Source: Planctomycetota bacterium | GTDB lineage: Bacteria; Planctomycetota; MHYJ01; WSZJ01 | Assembly (NCBI GenBank): GCA_038060895.1 | Contig: JBBTCT010000034.1 | Location: forward strand, 56,951-120,950 | Reading direction: 5' to 3' | DNA: 64,000 nucleotides | The notes under the pieces: model-generated | Told to the model about the DNA's origin: nothing | The model's input: the letters and a program-made list of their open reading frames with translations, nothing else | Database searches by the model: none | Made by a program: the position numbers and the translations under genes | Shown: positions 9,112-18,737 of the stretch, piece after piece | How positions within the stretch are numbered: the first letter of the stretch is position 1 | Layout: the number at the start of each line of letters is the position of its first letter

Positions 9112-9373
9112 TTCCTCGATCGAGAAGTCATCCAGCACGCCAGGCGCCGTCCCGCGCTCCGTCTCAGGCGCTCGATCGGGCTTGTTTCGAGCCCGTCCGG
9201 GGTCTAGATTGGCCGTTCCGTATGCGCCCCCTACCGGCGAGCCTTGTCATCCTCCCCGGATTGCCCTCTCGAAGGGTGACCCACGGCGGTCCAACGCGAA
9301 CACCGCGTGGTAGAGGGCCCGGCAAGCGGACTCAAAGTTCACACGCGCTATTCTCAACCGAGCGATAAGCCCT

Positions 9374-10138
9374 GTGAGCGCCTTGATCATCCCTTGCTTC
9401 ATCCGGACCCAATGGGATCTCGATTGCCTTAACCGCTTGCTCGACAGCGTCCAGGCGCAGTCCAAGCCGTTCGACAAGGTCTATCTGGTCGACGATGCCA
9501 GTCCGCTGAAGTACGAGCTCGGGCACGGCTTCGCGGAACTTGTCATCCTCGATAAGAACGGCGGTCCGGCCCGCGCTCGCAACATAGCCATAAACAAGGC
9601 CTTGCAGGTCGGCATCGAAGACCTCTTGTTTGCAGATCATGACTGCATCCTCGACAACGACTGGAATCAGGAAATGACCGCGTTCCTCTCTGGAACCGAG
9701 TTCGCTGCCGTAGGTGGAATGACCTACTCGTGGGGCAAGACCTTGCTGGATTACTACCACGACATCAATGGCACACTGGCGGGCAAGTGGCTCCTGCCCG
9801 ACCGGAAGGAACTCTGGTACATGCCGTCTTTGAACTTCGGGATGAAGGCCTTCGCGGCAGAGCAATTTCCATTCGACGAAAGGTTCCCTAACGCCGCCGG
9901 CGAAGACGTCGACCTATGCCTGCGATTGCGGAGTAAATACCGCATAGGCTTCTGTCCGGCAGCGAAACTCTGGCACGACTATGGGTACAAGAGCTCAATT
10001 ACCGGTTTCATTCGCTTCTTGAAGCTGTTCAAGAAGTACAAAAGCTCCAGTGCCACGCTCTACGAAGGTCACACCGTGTTGATGTGGGATTCCTCCGAGT
10101 CGATCTACCAAGGGAACATGCATGAGCCTCATCTATAG
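9374..10138 (+). CDS. Glycosyltransferase family 2
   Basis: LIIPC, LVDDAS, NGGPARARN, FADHDC (DxD), GEDVDL motifs. Confidence 0.9.
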   Translation: MSALIIPCFIRTQWDLDCLNRLLDSVQAQSKPFDKVYLVDDASPLKYELGHGFAELVILDKNGGPARARNIAINKALQVGIEDLLFADHDCILDNDWNQEMTAFLSGTEFAAVGGMTYSWGKTLLDYYHDINGTLAGKWLLPDRKELWYMPSLNFGMKAFAAEQFPFDERFPNAAGEDVDLCLRLRSKYRIGFCPAAKLWHDYGYKSSITGFIRFLKLFKKYKSSSATLYEGHTVLMWDSSESIYQGNMHEPHL

Positions 10139-11144
10139 ACTAAGGCCGACCCAATCTAACTTCACCCACGGCATCCAGGACTACCTGGGGGAGATAGTGC
10201 CATTCGCCCGTCGCGTGAAGAACCCCTTCTTGAAAATCCCCCTGGTCGCGCTCAAGTCTATCGAGTGGGGCATCTATCGCTGGCACAAGACGTCGATCCG
10301 CCGGTTTTATGGGATCAAAAGCAACGAGTTGATCTACATGATCACCAACGCCTGCAACGATCGTTGTCCAAAGTGCGGAATCTGGGAAAGGCCTGAGCCG
10401 AAACGCCAGCATCTGATGATTCAGCACTTCATCACTTGCCTCAAACGACTCCACCAGAATCTGTTCCAGGTCACCTTGACCGGCGGAGAACCGCTCCTGT
10501 TCAAGCGGGACGTCATGCTGATCGCCGAGGAGGCCAGGAAGCTGGGGGTGCCGATGGTTATCGTGACCAACGCGCGGCTCGTCGACGAGGCATTCCTCAC
10601 GAGGTATAAGGAATTGGGCCACGTCTTGGTGATCTCTATCGACTCGGTGCAGCGTGAAAAGTGGAACGAGTTCCGAGGTACCAAGAGCTTCGATATCGTT
10701 ATGCCCAGAATCCTGCTCGCAAAGCAGATTCTGGGAGACCAATTGCGCGTCCAGTCCGTGCTTTCCAGGGAGTCGGCCGAAGAAATCCCCAAGGTCATCG
10801 CGTGGTGCAAGCAGCTCGGCATCCAGCACAGCGTTCAACTCTACCAGGATTTCGGGGCGTACAACTGGACCGCCGCCGCCTCTTCTCAGGCGATGATCGA
10901 TGACGGCACCCCTTGCGCTGCCCGAAAGAACATCTGCATTTATCCCAATGGCGACGTGGTGAAGTGTTTCGACCATCGCCGGATTCCTCTGGCAAAGGAA
11001 CCGCTAGGTAACATCGCCCGTCAGGACATCATCGAGATTCTTTGCACCAAACGGTCAACGGAAGTATCCAAGATCATGAAGACGTGCAATTTCCCGTGCA
11101 AGAACATGTCCTGCAACAAGCCGCGGGAACTCTTGTTCAAATGA
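10122..11144 (+). CDS. Radical SAM protein with C-terminal SPASM/twitch domain
   Basis: CNDRCPKC (CxxxCxxC), TGGEPLL, ISIDS, C...IYPNGDVVKC...LGNI. Confidence 0.9.
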   Translation: MSLIYRLRPTQSNFTHGIQDYLGEIVPFARRVKNPFLKIPLVALKSIEWGIYRWHKTSIRRFYGIKSNELIYMITNACNDRCPKCGIWERPEPKRQHLMIQHFITCLKRLHQNLFQVTLTGGEPLLFKRDVMLIAEEARKLGVPMVIVTNARLVDEAFLTRYKELGHVLVISIDSVQREKWNEFRGTKSFDIVMPRILLAKQILGDQLRVQSVLSRESAEEIPKVIAWCKQLGIQHSVQLYQDFGAYNWTAAASSQAMIDDGTPCAARKNICIYPNGDVVKCFDHRRIPLAKEPLGNIARQDIIEILCTKRSTEVSKIMKTCNFPCKNMSCNKPRELLFK

Positions 11145-11743
11145 AATCGAACCCGTTAGACGTGATTATCATCGCGGGGGCACCCGGGACGGGCAAGTCC
11201 CAGGCGGCCAGGTGCCTAACTTCCTATTTTCGCGACGGAGTAAAGGTCGAGGTGGACGTCCTGCGCAGCATGGTGATTTCCGTCGACTGGAAAAACCAGC
11301 GGGAACATGTAGACCTCTTGCAAGTGGCGGCACGATTGACGCATGAATTCCATGTCTTCGGATTCAGGCCTGTGATCGTCGTCGATACTTTCAGCGGGGA
11401 CAAGATACATGGATTCCTGGAAACCCTTCGACGGCTGAACGAAGCGCTCATCATCAGAATCTTCGGACTCCATGTTTCAGACGAGGCCTTGCTGAAGCGC
11501 TTGAAGGAACGGCCAGCTGACGAATTCAAGGACTTCGGCATCAGCAAGAAGCTGAATGCCGACGTCTTGAGGCATGGCCATCGGGGCGGGCAATTGGTCG
11601 ACACCTCCGAACTCACTCCGGAGGAGACGGCCGGCGAGATCTACAAAAGGCTCATTCTGACAGGTTCCGCGTGGCCCCCTACGGGTCCGGGTAGCATGAT
11701 TGACACGGCACTACGATGCCGTATGCACAAGAGCCCCCGATGA
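11141..11743 (+). CDS. Small P-loop kinase-like protein (AAA_33/AAA_18 type)
   Basis: IIIAGAPGTGKS Walker A, kinase-like fold ending DTSELTPEETA; ATGA overlap with the radical SAM stop. Confidence 0.75.
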   Translation: MKSNPLDVIIIAGAPGTGKSQAARCLTSYFRDGVKVEVDVLRSMVISVDWKNQREHVDLLQVAARLTHEFHVFGFRPVIVVDTFSGDKIHGFLETLRRLNEALIIRIFGLHVSDEALLKRLKERPADEFKDFGISKKLNADVLRHGHRGGQLVDTSELTPEETAGEIYKRLILTGSAWPPTGPGSMIDTALRCRMHKSPR

Positions 11744-12405
11744 AACGACTCGCCCTGCTCGTCCTGCTGTTCCCGCTGGGCTGCGGCCCTTCCGCCCCTC
11801 CGCCGCCGTACGTCCGCCCGAGCGACCGCCCGCTGGTGCGCCCGGATGCTCCCGAGATGAAGACCCAGGCGCCCGAGCGCTTCAAGGCCCGCTTCACCAC
11901 GTCCCAGGGCGACTTCACGATCACGGTGGTGCGCGCCTGGGCTCCGCTGGGCGCGGACCGCTTCTACAACCTGGTCCGCGGCCGCTTTTTCGAAGAGGCG
12001 CGCTTCTTCCGGGTCATGAAGGGCTTCATGTGCCAGTTCGGAATCGCCGCCGACCCCGCCGAGTCGGCTCTGTGGAAGGACGCGACGATCGCGGACGATC
12101 CGGTCAGGGAGAGAAACACGCGCGGAAGGGTCACGTACGCAACGTCCGGCAAGGGAACCCGGACGACCCAGATGTTTATCAATTACAGCAACGGCAACAA
12201 GCGCCTGGACAATAAGGGATTCGCTCCGTTCGGCGAGGTCACCGAGGGGATGGACGTCGTGGACAAGCTCTACTCGGGATACGGCGAGGGCGCCCCGAGC
12301 GGCAGCGGTCCCAACCAGGAGCGGTTGGAGGCCCAGGGAAATCCCTACCTGGAGGCCGACTTCCCGAAGCTCGACTACATCAAGAAGGCCGAGATCGTGG
12401 AGTGA
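11740..12405 (+). CDS. Cyclophilin-type peptidyl-prolyl isomerase, lipoprotein
   Basis: Lipobox-like PLGC; WAPLGADRFYNLV, FFRVMKGFMCQFG, RTTQMFIN, FAPFGEV. Confidence 0.9.
   Translation: MKRLALLVLLFPLGCGPSAPPPPYVRPSDRPLVRPDAPEMKTQAPERFKARFTTSQGDFTITVVRAWAPLGADRFYNLVRGRFFEEARFFRVMKGFMCQFGIAADPAESALWKDATIADDPVRERNTRGRVTYATSGKGTRTTQMFINYSNGNKRLDNKGFAPFGEVTEGMDVVDKLYSGYGEGAPSGSGPNQERLEAQGNPYLEADFPKLDYIKKAEIVE
12353..12376 (+). repeat. 24-nt direct repeat, copy 1 (3' end of cyclophilin gene)
   Basis: AGGCCGACTTCCCGAAGCTCGACT, identical at 14256-14279. Confidence 0.85.
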
Positions 12406-12586
12406 CCGTTCCCGCCGCCGCACGGTCCCCAGACTCGATCCGGCCCGAAGTTCACTCTACGTCTTCCCGTCCTTCGCCACATTCTCCTCCATCGGCTGTC
12501 CCAACTGCCGCCCGAAATACCGCGACGTGTCCTGGGCAAATCCGGAATTCCTTACTTGCGCCGCCGCCCTGCCGGATTCGTCCTGT

Positions 12587-13213
12587 GTGAACCGCAGACG
12601 CCACACGGCGATCCTTGTCCTCCTCCCGGTGCTGTTCTTCGCCTGCGGATGTTCGACCTATCGGGGGGAGGCCAGGGACTTCGACCCGTCGGAGCTCCGC
12701 GAGCCCGGCTGGATCTCCGCCCACGGCGTCGAGCCCGTCCTCCAGGAGCGGCAGGACGATTGCGGAAGCGCCGCCCTCGCGATGATGCTCCGGTTCTGGG
12801 GGCAGCCCGCGTCGATCGAGGAGATCTCGAAGGCGTGCGCGCTCGACGACGGGAAGGGCATCCGCGCGGGGGCGCTCCGCAATGAAGCCCGCTCCCGAGG
12901 CCTCAAGGCGTACGTCCTCACCGCCTCATTTCCCGACCTCGTCCGCGAGCTGGGCCTCGGCCGCCCGGTGCTCGTCGGGCTCGTGAAACCGTACGCCAGC
13001 GGCGGCTTCGCGCACTTCGAAGTCGTCGTCGCCCTCAACCCGGGCCTCGAGCGGATCGTGACGCTCGACCCGGGATCCGGCTGGCGCAGCTCGTCCTTCG
13101 AGGGCTTCGCCGCCGAATGGCGCCCCTCGGGCTGCCTCGCCCTCGTCATGTTCGCTTCCCCCCGCAACCTCGCCGGGCCTCCGCAGGCAACGGCATCAGG
13201 AGAAAGACGATGA
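12587..13213 (+). CDS. Stand-alone C39-family cysteine peptidase, probable lipoprotein
   Basis: QERQDDCGSAALAMML catalytic Cys, HFEVVV His, TLDPG Asp; hydrophobic leader ending ACGC. Start codon uncertain. Confidence 0.85.
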   Translation: MNRRRHTAILVLLPVLFFACGCSTYRGEARDFDPSELREPGWISAHGVEPVLQERQDDCGSAALAMMLRFWGQPASIEEISKACALDDGKGIRAGALRNEARSRGLKAYVLTASFPDLVRELGLGRPVLVGLVKPYASGGFAHFEVVVALNPGLERIVTLDPGSGWRSSSFEGFAAEWRPSGCLALVMFASPRNLAGPPQATASGERR

Positions 13214-13677
13214 ATCGCGTCTGGCTCGTGATCGTGCTCTCGCTGACGACCCTGTTCTATCCCGTGTCCTCCATCGCCCTGGCCGACGGCACCGCCGGGA
13301 CCGCGGCGGAGGAGAAATCTTACGAGGAGCGTGAAGCGGCCTCCGGAGACTCGCTGATGTCGTTCCAGGGAGGATTCGTCGAGGTCATCCTCATCGCCGC
13401 GGCGGTGTGCGCCATCGCGCTTCTGATCATCCTGCTCCTGCCCAGCGATGGAGGCGGCGGCGGGGGTGGCGGCGGAGGCGGCGGTGGGGGCAGCGATGGG
13501 GACTACAGCTCGCCGTCCACGGACTCTTCGCAGCCTTCCCACTCGCGGTGCGTCTTCTGCAGCGGACAGGGTCAGGTCAGGCACCAGGACTACCGGGGGA
13601 CGAACCCGGACGGCAGTCTCAGGGACGAGTGGCACTGGGAACGCTGCTCGCACTGCGGCGGCACCGGCCAGGACTAG
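13210..13677 (+). CDS. Signal-peptide protein with double-glycine leader-like segment, TM helix, poly-Gly linker and CxxCxGxG zinc finger
   Basis: YEEREAASGDSLMSFQGG|FVEVILIAAAVCAIALLIILLL, poly-Gly run, CVFCSGQG...CSHCGGTG; ATGA overlap with the C39 gene. Confidence 0.75.
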   Translation: MNRVWLVIVLSLTTLFYPVSSIALADGTAGTAAEEKSYEEREAASGDSLMSFQGGFVEVILIAAAVCAIALLIILLLPSDGGGGGGGGGGGGGGSDGDYSSPSTDSSQPSHSRCVFCSGQGQVRHQDYRGTNPDGSLRDEWHWERCSHCGGTGQD

Positions 13678-13744
13678 GCTCTCCCACCCCCTGGGGAATC
13701 CCCCAGGAAATTGAAAACCTCGTCCGGACAAGGAGGCAAGCACG

Positions 13745-14233
13745 ATGGATTGCATGAGAACGGTTGGGGCGGTCGCCGCCGCGGCAGGGCGGACCAGGAA
13801 CCGGGTGCCGTTCGCGCTGGTCCTGGTCGGGCTCGCTCTTCTCGGCTGCGGGGCCAGGCACAGGGGCGTGAACGGGACCACCGACTCGCAGGGCTGGGAG
13901 CTGGTGGGTGGGGGGTATCGCGATACGGTTCCGTACGGCAGGCAGATGAACTTCAAATTCGAAGTGAAACGGTCGGCAACGTGCCGGGTGGAAGTCAGCG
14001 TGTCCGACGGGCAGGTGGTTGACGAATATCTCCTCACCGACGCCCAGATGCAGCGGGTGTTGACGGGCCGTCGGCCGGAAGGGCCGGGAGACATGATTCA
14101 CCGGAACCAGAAGACGATCAAGTGCGAGTCCACGGAATCGCTCGATCCCGGCGTCTACTGGCTCATGGTCGACAACCAGTACGTGGACAGCCCGCGCCCT
14201 GTCGATATGAAGGTTTACCTGAAGGCCCGGTAA
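13745..14233 (+). CDS. Hypothetical lipoprotein
   Basis: GGAGG RBS, LALLGC lipobox, beta-rich body (LDPGVYWLMVDN). Confidence 0.7.
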   Translation: MDCMRTVGAVAAAAGRTRNRVPFALVLVGLALLGCGARHRGVNGTTDSQGWELVGGGYRDTVPYGRQMNFKFEVKRSATCRVEVSVSDGQVVDEYLLTDAQMQRVLTGRRPEGPGDMIHRNQKTIKCESTESLDPGVYWLMVDNQYVDSPRPVDMKVYLKAR

Positions 14234-14255
14234 TGCGAGCGGGGATTCCAGGGGC

Positions 14256-14279
14256 AGGCCGACTTCCCGAAGCTCGACT
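14256..14279 (+). repeat. 24-nt direct repeat, copy 2 (intergenic)
   Basis: Exact copy of 12353-12376. Confidence 0.85.
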
Positions 14280-14337
14280 TCCCTGCGGCGAAGGCTTGCT
14301 TCTTGATGGTGGCGCCGGGGGTTGGCGTTGGCGTGGT

Positions 14338-16752
14338 TCAGTCCTTCAGCAGTCGCAGCGCGCGGAGCGCCATTCCCGTGCCGTAGTGCCGCCCCACGCT
14401 CGGGCTGTCGCAGAACGCGCCGTCCTCGAGGACCGTTTTCAACAGGTCCTCCGCCAGGGCCTCCCGGTACTTCGCGCGTTCCTTTTCCGGCAACTCCCGC
14501 ACCGCCTCCGCCGCGAACGCGTAACCGAAAATCAGGTAGTAGGAGGCCGTCCCCTCGGGGCCGGTGTGGCTGAGCCCCTTGCCCCGCTCCCTTCGAACGT
14601 GCTTGTGATGCTTCAGGTAGATCTCGAGCGCCGCGCGAATCCCTTCGACGTCGCCCTTTCTCGCCCGTTTCAGCGCGAAGGCGACCAGCGGGCTCCGAAG
14701 CGACGCTTCGGCCTCCCGCTCGTCTGCAGATCCGGCCATCTGCCGCCTGTAGGCGAACGCGCCCTGGGGGGTTCGAAGGGCGGCGAGGGTATCGGCGGCC
14801 TTGTCGACGAAGAATTTCGGGACTTCCGTGCCGGCGGATTTTGCTTCGTGAAGAGCGCACAGGACGGCGGCGGTGACGAACCCGATCGAGGCGTCCTCGC
14901 GGCTTTCGAGCTTGAGGTAAGACCAGCCTCCACCGGCGCGGCGGGATTTCCTGATGCCGGAGACCAGGTCGTTCATCCTTGCGAGGAGTTTTTCACGATT
15001 GCCGACTTTGGCCTGGACGCTGGCAGCGAAAAATCGGAGGGCAAAGCACTGGGCCCAGATCGTGTGGTCGAAAAGTCGCGCTTCGTCTGGTGTGAGGGTC
15101 GCCGCGAGCGTGAAGTCGAGCGCTTCGAGGATTGCGTCGTCGGCGCCGGCGGCGTCGCGGTGCGCGAGGAGAGATTCACCGCAGATGGCGGTGATGCCGA
15201 CGGCGATCGCGCCCTGGGGGTCGATGAGGGACATCGGCGAGGGCCACGAGCCGTCGGGGAGCTGAGTCAGCAACAGGAAGCGCGCGCCGTCGCGCTCCGC
15301 CTGCGCCATGTCCGACGGTGCCTTCCGTCCCGGCTGCAGGCACGCCGCGATCCGCCTTTCGTCCGGCCATTTCGCGTGGTCGAATGCCGACGCCGCGCTT
15401 TTTCCGCTCAGCATCGCGACTCCGCGCCACGCCCAGCGGTCGTCGGAGTGCGCGACGGCGAGGTCCTGCAGCTCCTTGCGGATCGGTTCAATCCCGAGCT
15501 GCATCCCGTGGGCCAGCGCCCGCCAGTAGCAGGACTCCGCATCGCCGCGGCCCGCGAGCAGCTTTCCCGCCTCCGCGAACTGCCCCATTCTCAGCCGGAC
15601 GACCGCCTCCTTCGGGTCCACTCCCCGTATCCTGAATTTGCGGGCCTTCGCGATCGCCTGAAGCGCCTCATCGCCCTTGCGCAAGCGCCGCAAGAGATCG
15701 GCCTTGAGCAGGTATTCGTCGGCCGTCGAGGGCGAGGCCAGGAGTTCTGCGGCCCGGTCGAGCTCCCCGCGGCGCAACCATCCCTCAGCATCGATCGATT
15801 CTTCTGTCGGCGTCCCGGGATGCCGGCGCAGCACTTCGCGGGCGTGATCGTAAAAGTAGAACGGATCGAACGAGACGCCGCACGACACCACGCGGCCGTC
15901 GGGTTTCACGAAGAGCGTCCCCTGGCCGAACGTGCCCGGGCCCACGCCGTACACCTTCGGCTTCTCGAACGGCGCGTTCATCCCGGGCATCCAGATGAGG
16001 CCGACGAAGCGCTCGTTCATCAGCTCGACGACATCGGTATCCATGAAGAGCGTCAAAGGCGCGCAGTGCTCGATATTGAGGCCGCGGTACTCCTCGAACA
16101 CCACGACGACGAGCTTGTCTTCCTTCAACGCGCGATCCGCCGCTTCCTTCCACGACGACGCCCACGGGATTTCGCTCCCGCAATTCGCCGTCATCCTCTT
16201 CAGCAATGACCTCCATCCCCGCGCGGACAGGTCGGCGGACTCCAGGAACTGGAAGCTTGCGGCGATCCTCGCAAATTCCTGCATCGATTCCTTGAACGTC
16301 TCCTCGGGGCCGGAGAACTGGATGATGAAAATGGCGTCATGATGCACCAGGAAGTGCTGCCTCACCGTGTACGGCTTGCCGTTATTGTCGAGCGTGAAGG
16401 TCACCGCATGAACTTCTTCCCCGGCGATCTCCCCCACCCCTCTGTAAACTCCGGAATGCCCGGGCTGCCCCTCCTTCGCCGTCATCGCCGCATCCCGGGC
16501 GACGTACGGGTCCGTGATCCCGTTTTCGTCCGTGACGTAGACGATCACGCTGGTCTCGTCGCCCTCGCCGCCCCGCGCGACTTTTGCGGCGAAGCGCGTC
16601 CCGGAGATCGCCGGGACCTCCCCGATGCTCCACGAATCGTCCGGCCGCTCGATGCGGAAGCCTTCCTCCTTGCTTTCGAAGATGCCGCTATCCTCGGCGA
16701 AAGCGAGGGCGGGAAGCAGAAGGAGCAGGACCGGGACCACGACACGACGCAT
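14338..16752 (-). CDS. Secreted multidomain protein (PsbP-like, thioredoxin-like, TPR, prenyltransferase/squalene-oxidase-like repeats)
   Basis: Signal peptide; IPWASSWKEAADRA (thioredoxin-like); LLLTQLPDGSW, GGGWSY and QGAFAY repeats. Confidence 0.7.
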   Translation of the reverse strand: MRRVVVPVLLLLLPALAFAEDSGIFESKEEGFRIERPDDSWSIGEVPAISGTRFAAKVARGGEGDETSVIVYVTDENGITDPYVARDAAMTAKEGQPGHSGVYRGVGEIAGEEVHAVTFTLDNNGKPYTVRQHFLVHHDAIFIIQFSGPEETFKESMQEFARIAASFQFLESADLSARGWRSLLKRMTANCGSEIPWASSWKEAADRALKEDKLVVVVFEEYRGLNIEHCAPLTLFMDTDVVELMNERFVGLIWMPGMNAPFEKPKVYGVGPGTFGQGTLFVKPDGRVVSCGVSFDPFYFYDHAREVLRRHPGTPTEESIDAEGWLRRGELDRAAELLASPSTADEYLLKADLLRRLRKGDEALQAIAKARKFRIRGVDPKEAVVRLRMGQFAEAGKLLAGRGDAESCYWRALAHGMQLGIEPIRKELQDLAVAHSDDRWAWRGVAMLSGKSAASAFDHAKWPDERRIAACLQPGRKAPSDMAQAERDGARFLLLTQLPDGSWPSPMSLIDPQGAIAVGITAICGESLLAHRDAAGADDAILEALDFTLAATLTPDEARLFDHTIWAQCFALRFFAASVQAKVGNREKLLARMNDLVSGIRKSRRAGGGWSYLKLESREDASIGFVTAAVLCALHEAKSAGTEVPKFFVDKAADTLAALRTPQGAFAYRRQMAGSADEREAEASLRSPLVAFALKRARKGDVEGIRAALEIYLKHHKHVRRERGKGLSHTGPEGTASYYLIFGYAFAAEAVRELPEKERAKYREALAEDLLKTVLEDGAFCDSPSVGRHYGTGMALRALRLLKD

Positions 16753-16869
16753 GAGAATTATCCTCCGGCTTCATCATAGCCTGCTCGAAACGGGGAAACC
16801 GCTGGAGCTTTCCGAGCAGGGTCGGGAGTGTGGGCCGCGGCGAACGGCAGCAGGGAGGCGTCCGGCCCA

Positions 16870-17713
16870 TCAGTCCTGGAATTGCTCCCACGACCCGGAA
16901 AACGCGACGACATTCTCGAGCCGACGGCCCACGCAATGACTCTCCAGGTGCTCGCAGCAGTTCCAGGCCATCGCGCGGTCGGCACACTCCACTCTCGCCA
17001 CGGCCTTGTCAGCGCGGTCGAGTTCAACAGCGATCGCTGTTTCCTCGTGCCGGAATCCCTTCGCCGCATCGTGCGCGGAATCCGGCGGGCAGGTCCACTG
17101 GAGCAGCTTCCGGCGCGTGAGCCGGTCTCCCCGCATTTCCCGGGCGGTCCACGTCTGCACGAACATAGACAGTTCGTGCGGACCCATCTCATGAAGCCGC
17201 GGCGCCAGTGCCGCGGCGAGTCTCTCAGCGAGCTCGTCGGCGACCAGCAGGATCTCATAGGGGTCCTTGCTGCCCGCGAAGGTAACGGCCACCTGGCGGC
17301 CCTTCTGCGAGATCTCGAGGCCGGGGCCGTACATCTGGTTCGAGGAGGTCGAGCGCTCGAGGATGCCTTCGAAGCCGGCGCCGGTCCGCGGTCCCCAGAC
17401 GGCCTCGATGCCCGCGACCGGATCCTCCAGCCCGTTCCACCAGGCTCTCAACGACTGCACCGCGGCGTCGCTGGATCCGCTCACGGGAAGCAGCTTTGCC
17501 GTCGTCGGATCCAGCCTCTGCGCCCGCGGGTGGAGGCCGAGCAGGGGCTTCCAGGGACCGAACCCGCCGGGATAGGCGGCGGGACGCGCGATGCGTGGCG
17601 GACCGCCGGATCCGCTGATGTCTTCCCGCCGCACCTGCGGCCTCCGGACCTCGCGGCGAAGCGTCATCGCCAGGTCGTGCGCCTCTCGCGGGATGTCCGG
17701 CGGCTCTGGCATG
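16870..17713 (-). CDS. Hypothetical protein
   Basis: Long ORF with GAGGA before the ATG of MPEPPDIP; no recognised motif. Confidence 0.45.
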
Positions 17714-17999
17714 GTCGAGTTCCTCAGGTCCGCACCCGGTCGCGGTGCGTGGAGTCTAGGGCGCGGCCGGGCTTTCGAAAGAAGTACCATCGGAGGATCG
17801 CGGAACAACTGCGGAGGCCCCATTGCCGGTAATCCTCGAGGACTCGGACGCGCCGCCGCGATTTAAGGACCTCGTGCGGGCGGGGCTGGCGGGCGGTCCC
17901 GCTTCCCGTAGGAGTCATCCGCCTCTAACCTCTCCCTGACGCGGTCGACAGTCGCCGCGATGACGGCTTCTTCTGGCAGAAACAGCCGCGGGGGAATCG

Positions 18000-18737
18000 A
18001 TGGGAAGCGGCCAACCGGCCGGTGACGGACGCGCGGGAGTCGAGCGGTGCCTGTTGACAACAGGCCTTGTGGCGCTGTTCTCGGCGGGCTATCTCTGCGC
18101 CGGATTGACGGCGGATCCCGCCCGGGCCCGCGATCTGATGACCGCCCTGGATACGCGGGTTCCGTTTCTGCCCGGGTCCATCTGGATCTACCTCTGGGTG
18201 TTTCCAGCGGCGTTCGCGCCGCTGTTCGTGGTCCGCTCGCGGAAGCTGTTTCGCAAGGTCGTCGTCGCCTACGCGATCGTGATGCTGGTCTCCTTCCTGT
18301 GCTTCGCCCTCTTCCCGGTCACTTCGTCGCAACTCCGGGTCGCCGCGGGGGGACTGGACGAGGCGCGTTTCTCCCAGTGGGCCGTGGCGGTGCTCTATCG
18401 GATCGATCCACCGTTCAACCTGTTTCCGTCTCTTCACCTCTCGATCGCCGCGCTCGCGGCGCTGGCCTGCTGGAAAGCGGACCGGCGCATCGGTGGCTGC
18501 ATGGCCCTGGGCGTGGCGCTGGTCGGCGTATCGACCTGCACGGTCAAGCAGCACTTCCTGCTCGACGGGATCGGCGGGCTGGCGCTGGCCGGCCTGGTCT
18601 TCGCCTTCACGTTCCGGAAGTTTCAACCCGCGCCGCTGGAGCGCGTCGCCTTTAACACGCGCGGGCCCGCCGCCTACGTCCTCTTCCTCGCGCTCACGTA
18701 CGTCGGCTTCTACCTCGCGTTCCGCTTCGCCCGCTGA
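18000..18737 (+). CDS. PAP2-superfamily membrane protein (IPC-synthase/Aur1-like)
   Basis: Several TM helices; DPPFNLFPSLHLS and VKQHFLLDGIGG catalytic motifs. Confidence 0.85.
   Translation: MGSGQPAGDGRAGVERCLLTTGLVALFSAGYLCAGLTADPARARDLMTALDTRVPFLPGSIWIYLWVFPAAFAPLFVVRSRKLFRKVVVAYAIVMLVSFLCFALFPVTSSQLRVAAGGLDEARFSQWAVAVLYRIDPPFNLFPSLHLSIAALAALACWKADRRIGGCMALGVALVGVSTCTVKQHFLLDGIGGLALAGLVFAFTFRKFQPAPLERVAFNTRGPAAYVLFLALTYVGFYLAFRFAR

Noticed and set aside
10122-11743. Prokaryotic viperin plus nucleotide kinase
   Set aside because: The radical SAM has CNDRCPKCGIW and a SPASM/twitch tail rather than the viperin-type N(Y/F)H...CNxxCxFCF motif.
17724-17918. TGA at 17724-17726 (minus strand) as a fifth Sec codon
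   Set aside because: Not in frame with the downstream gene, no signal peptide or Cys-like context, and it overlaps that gene's probable RBS.
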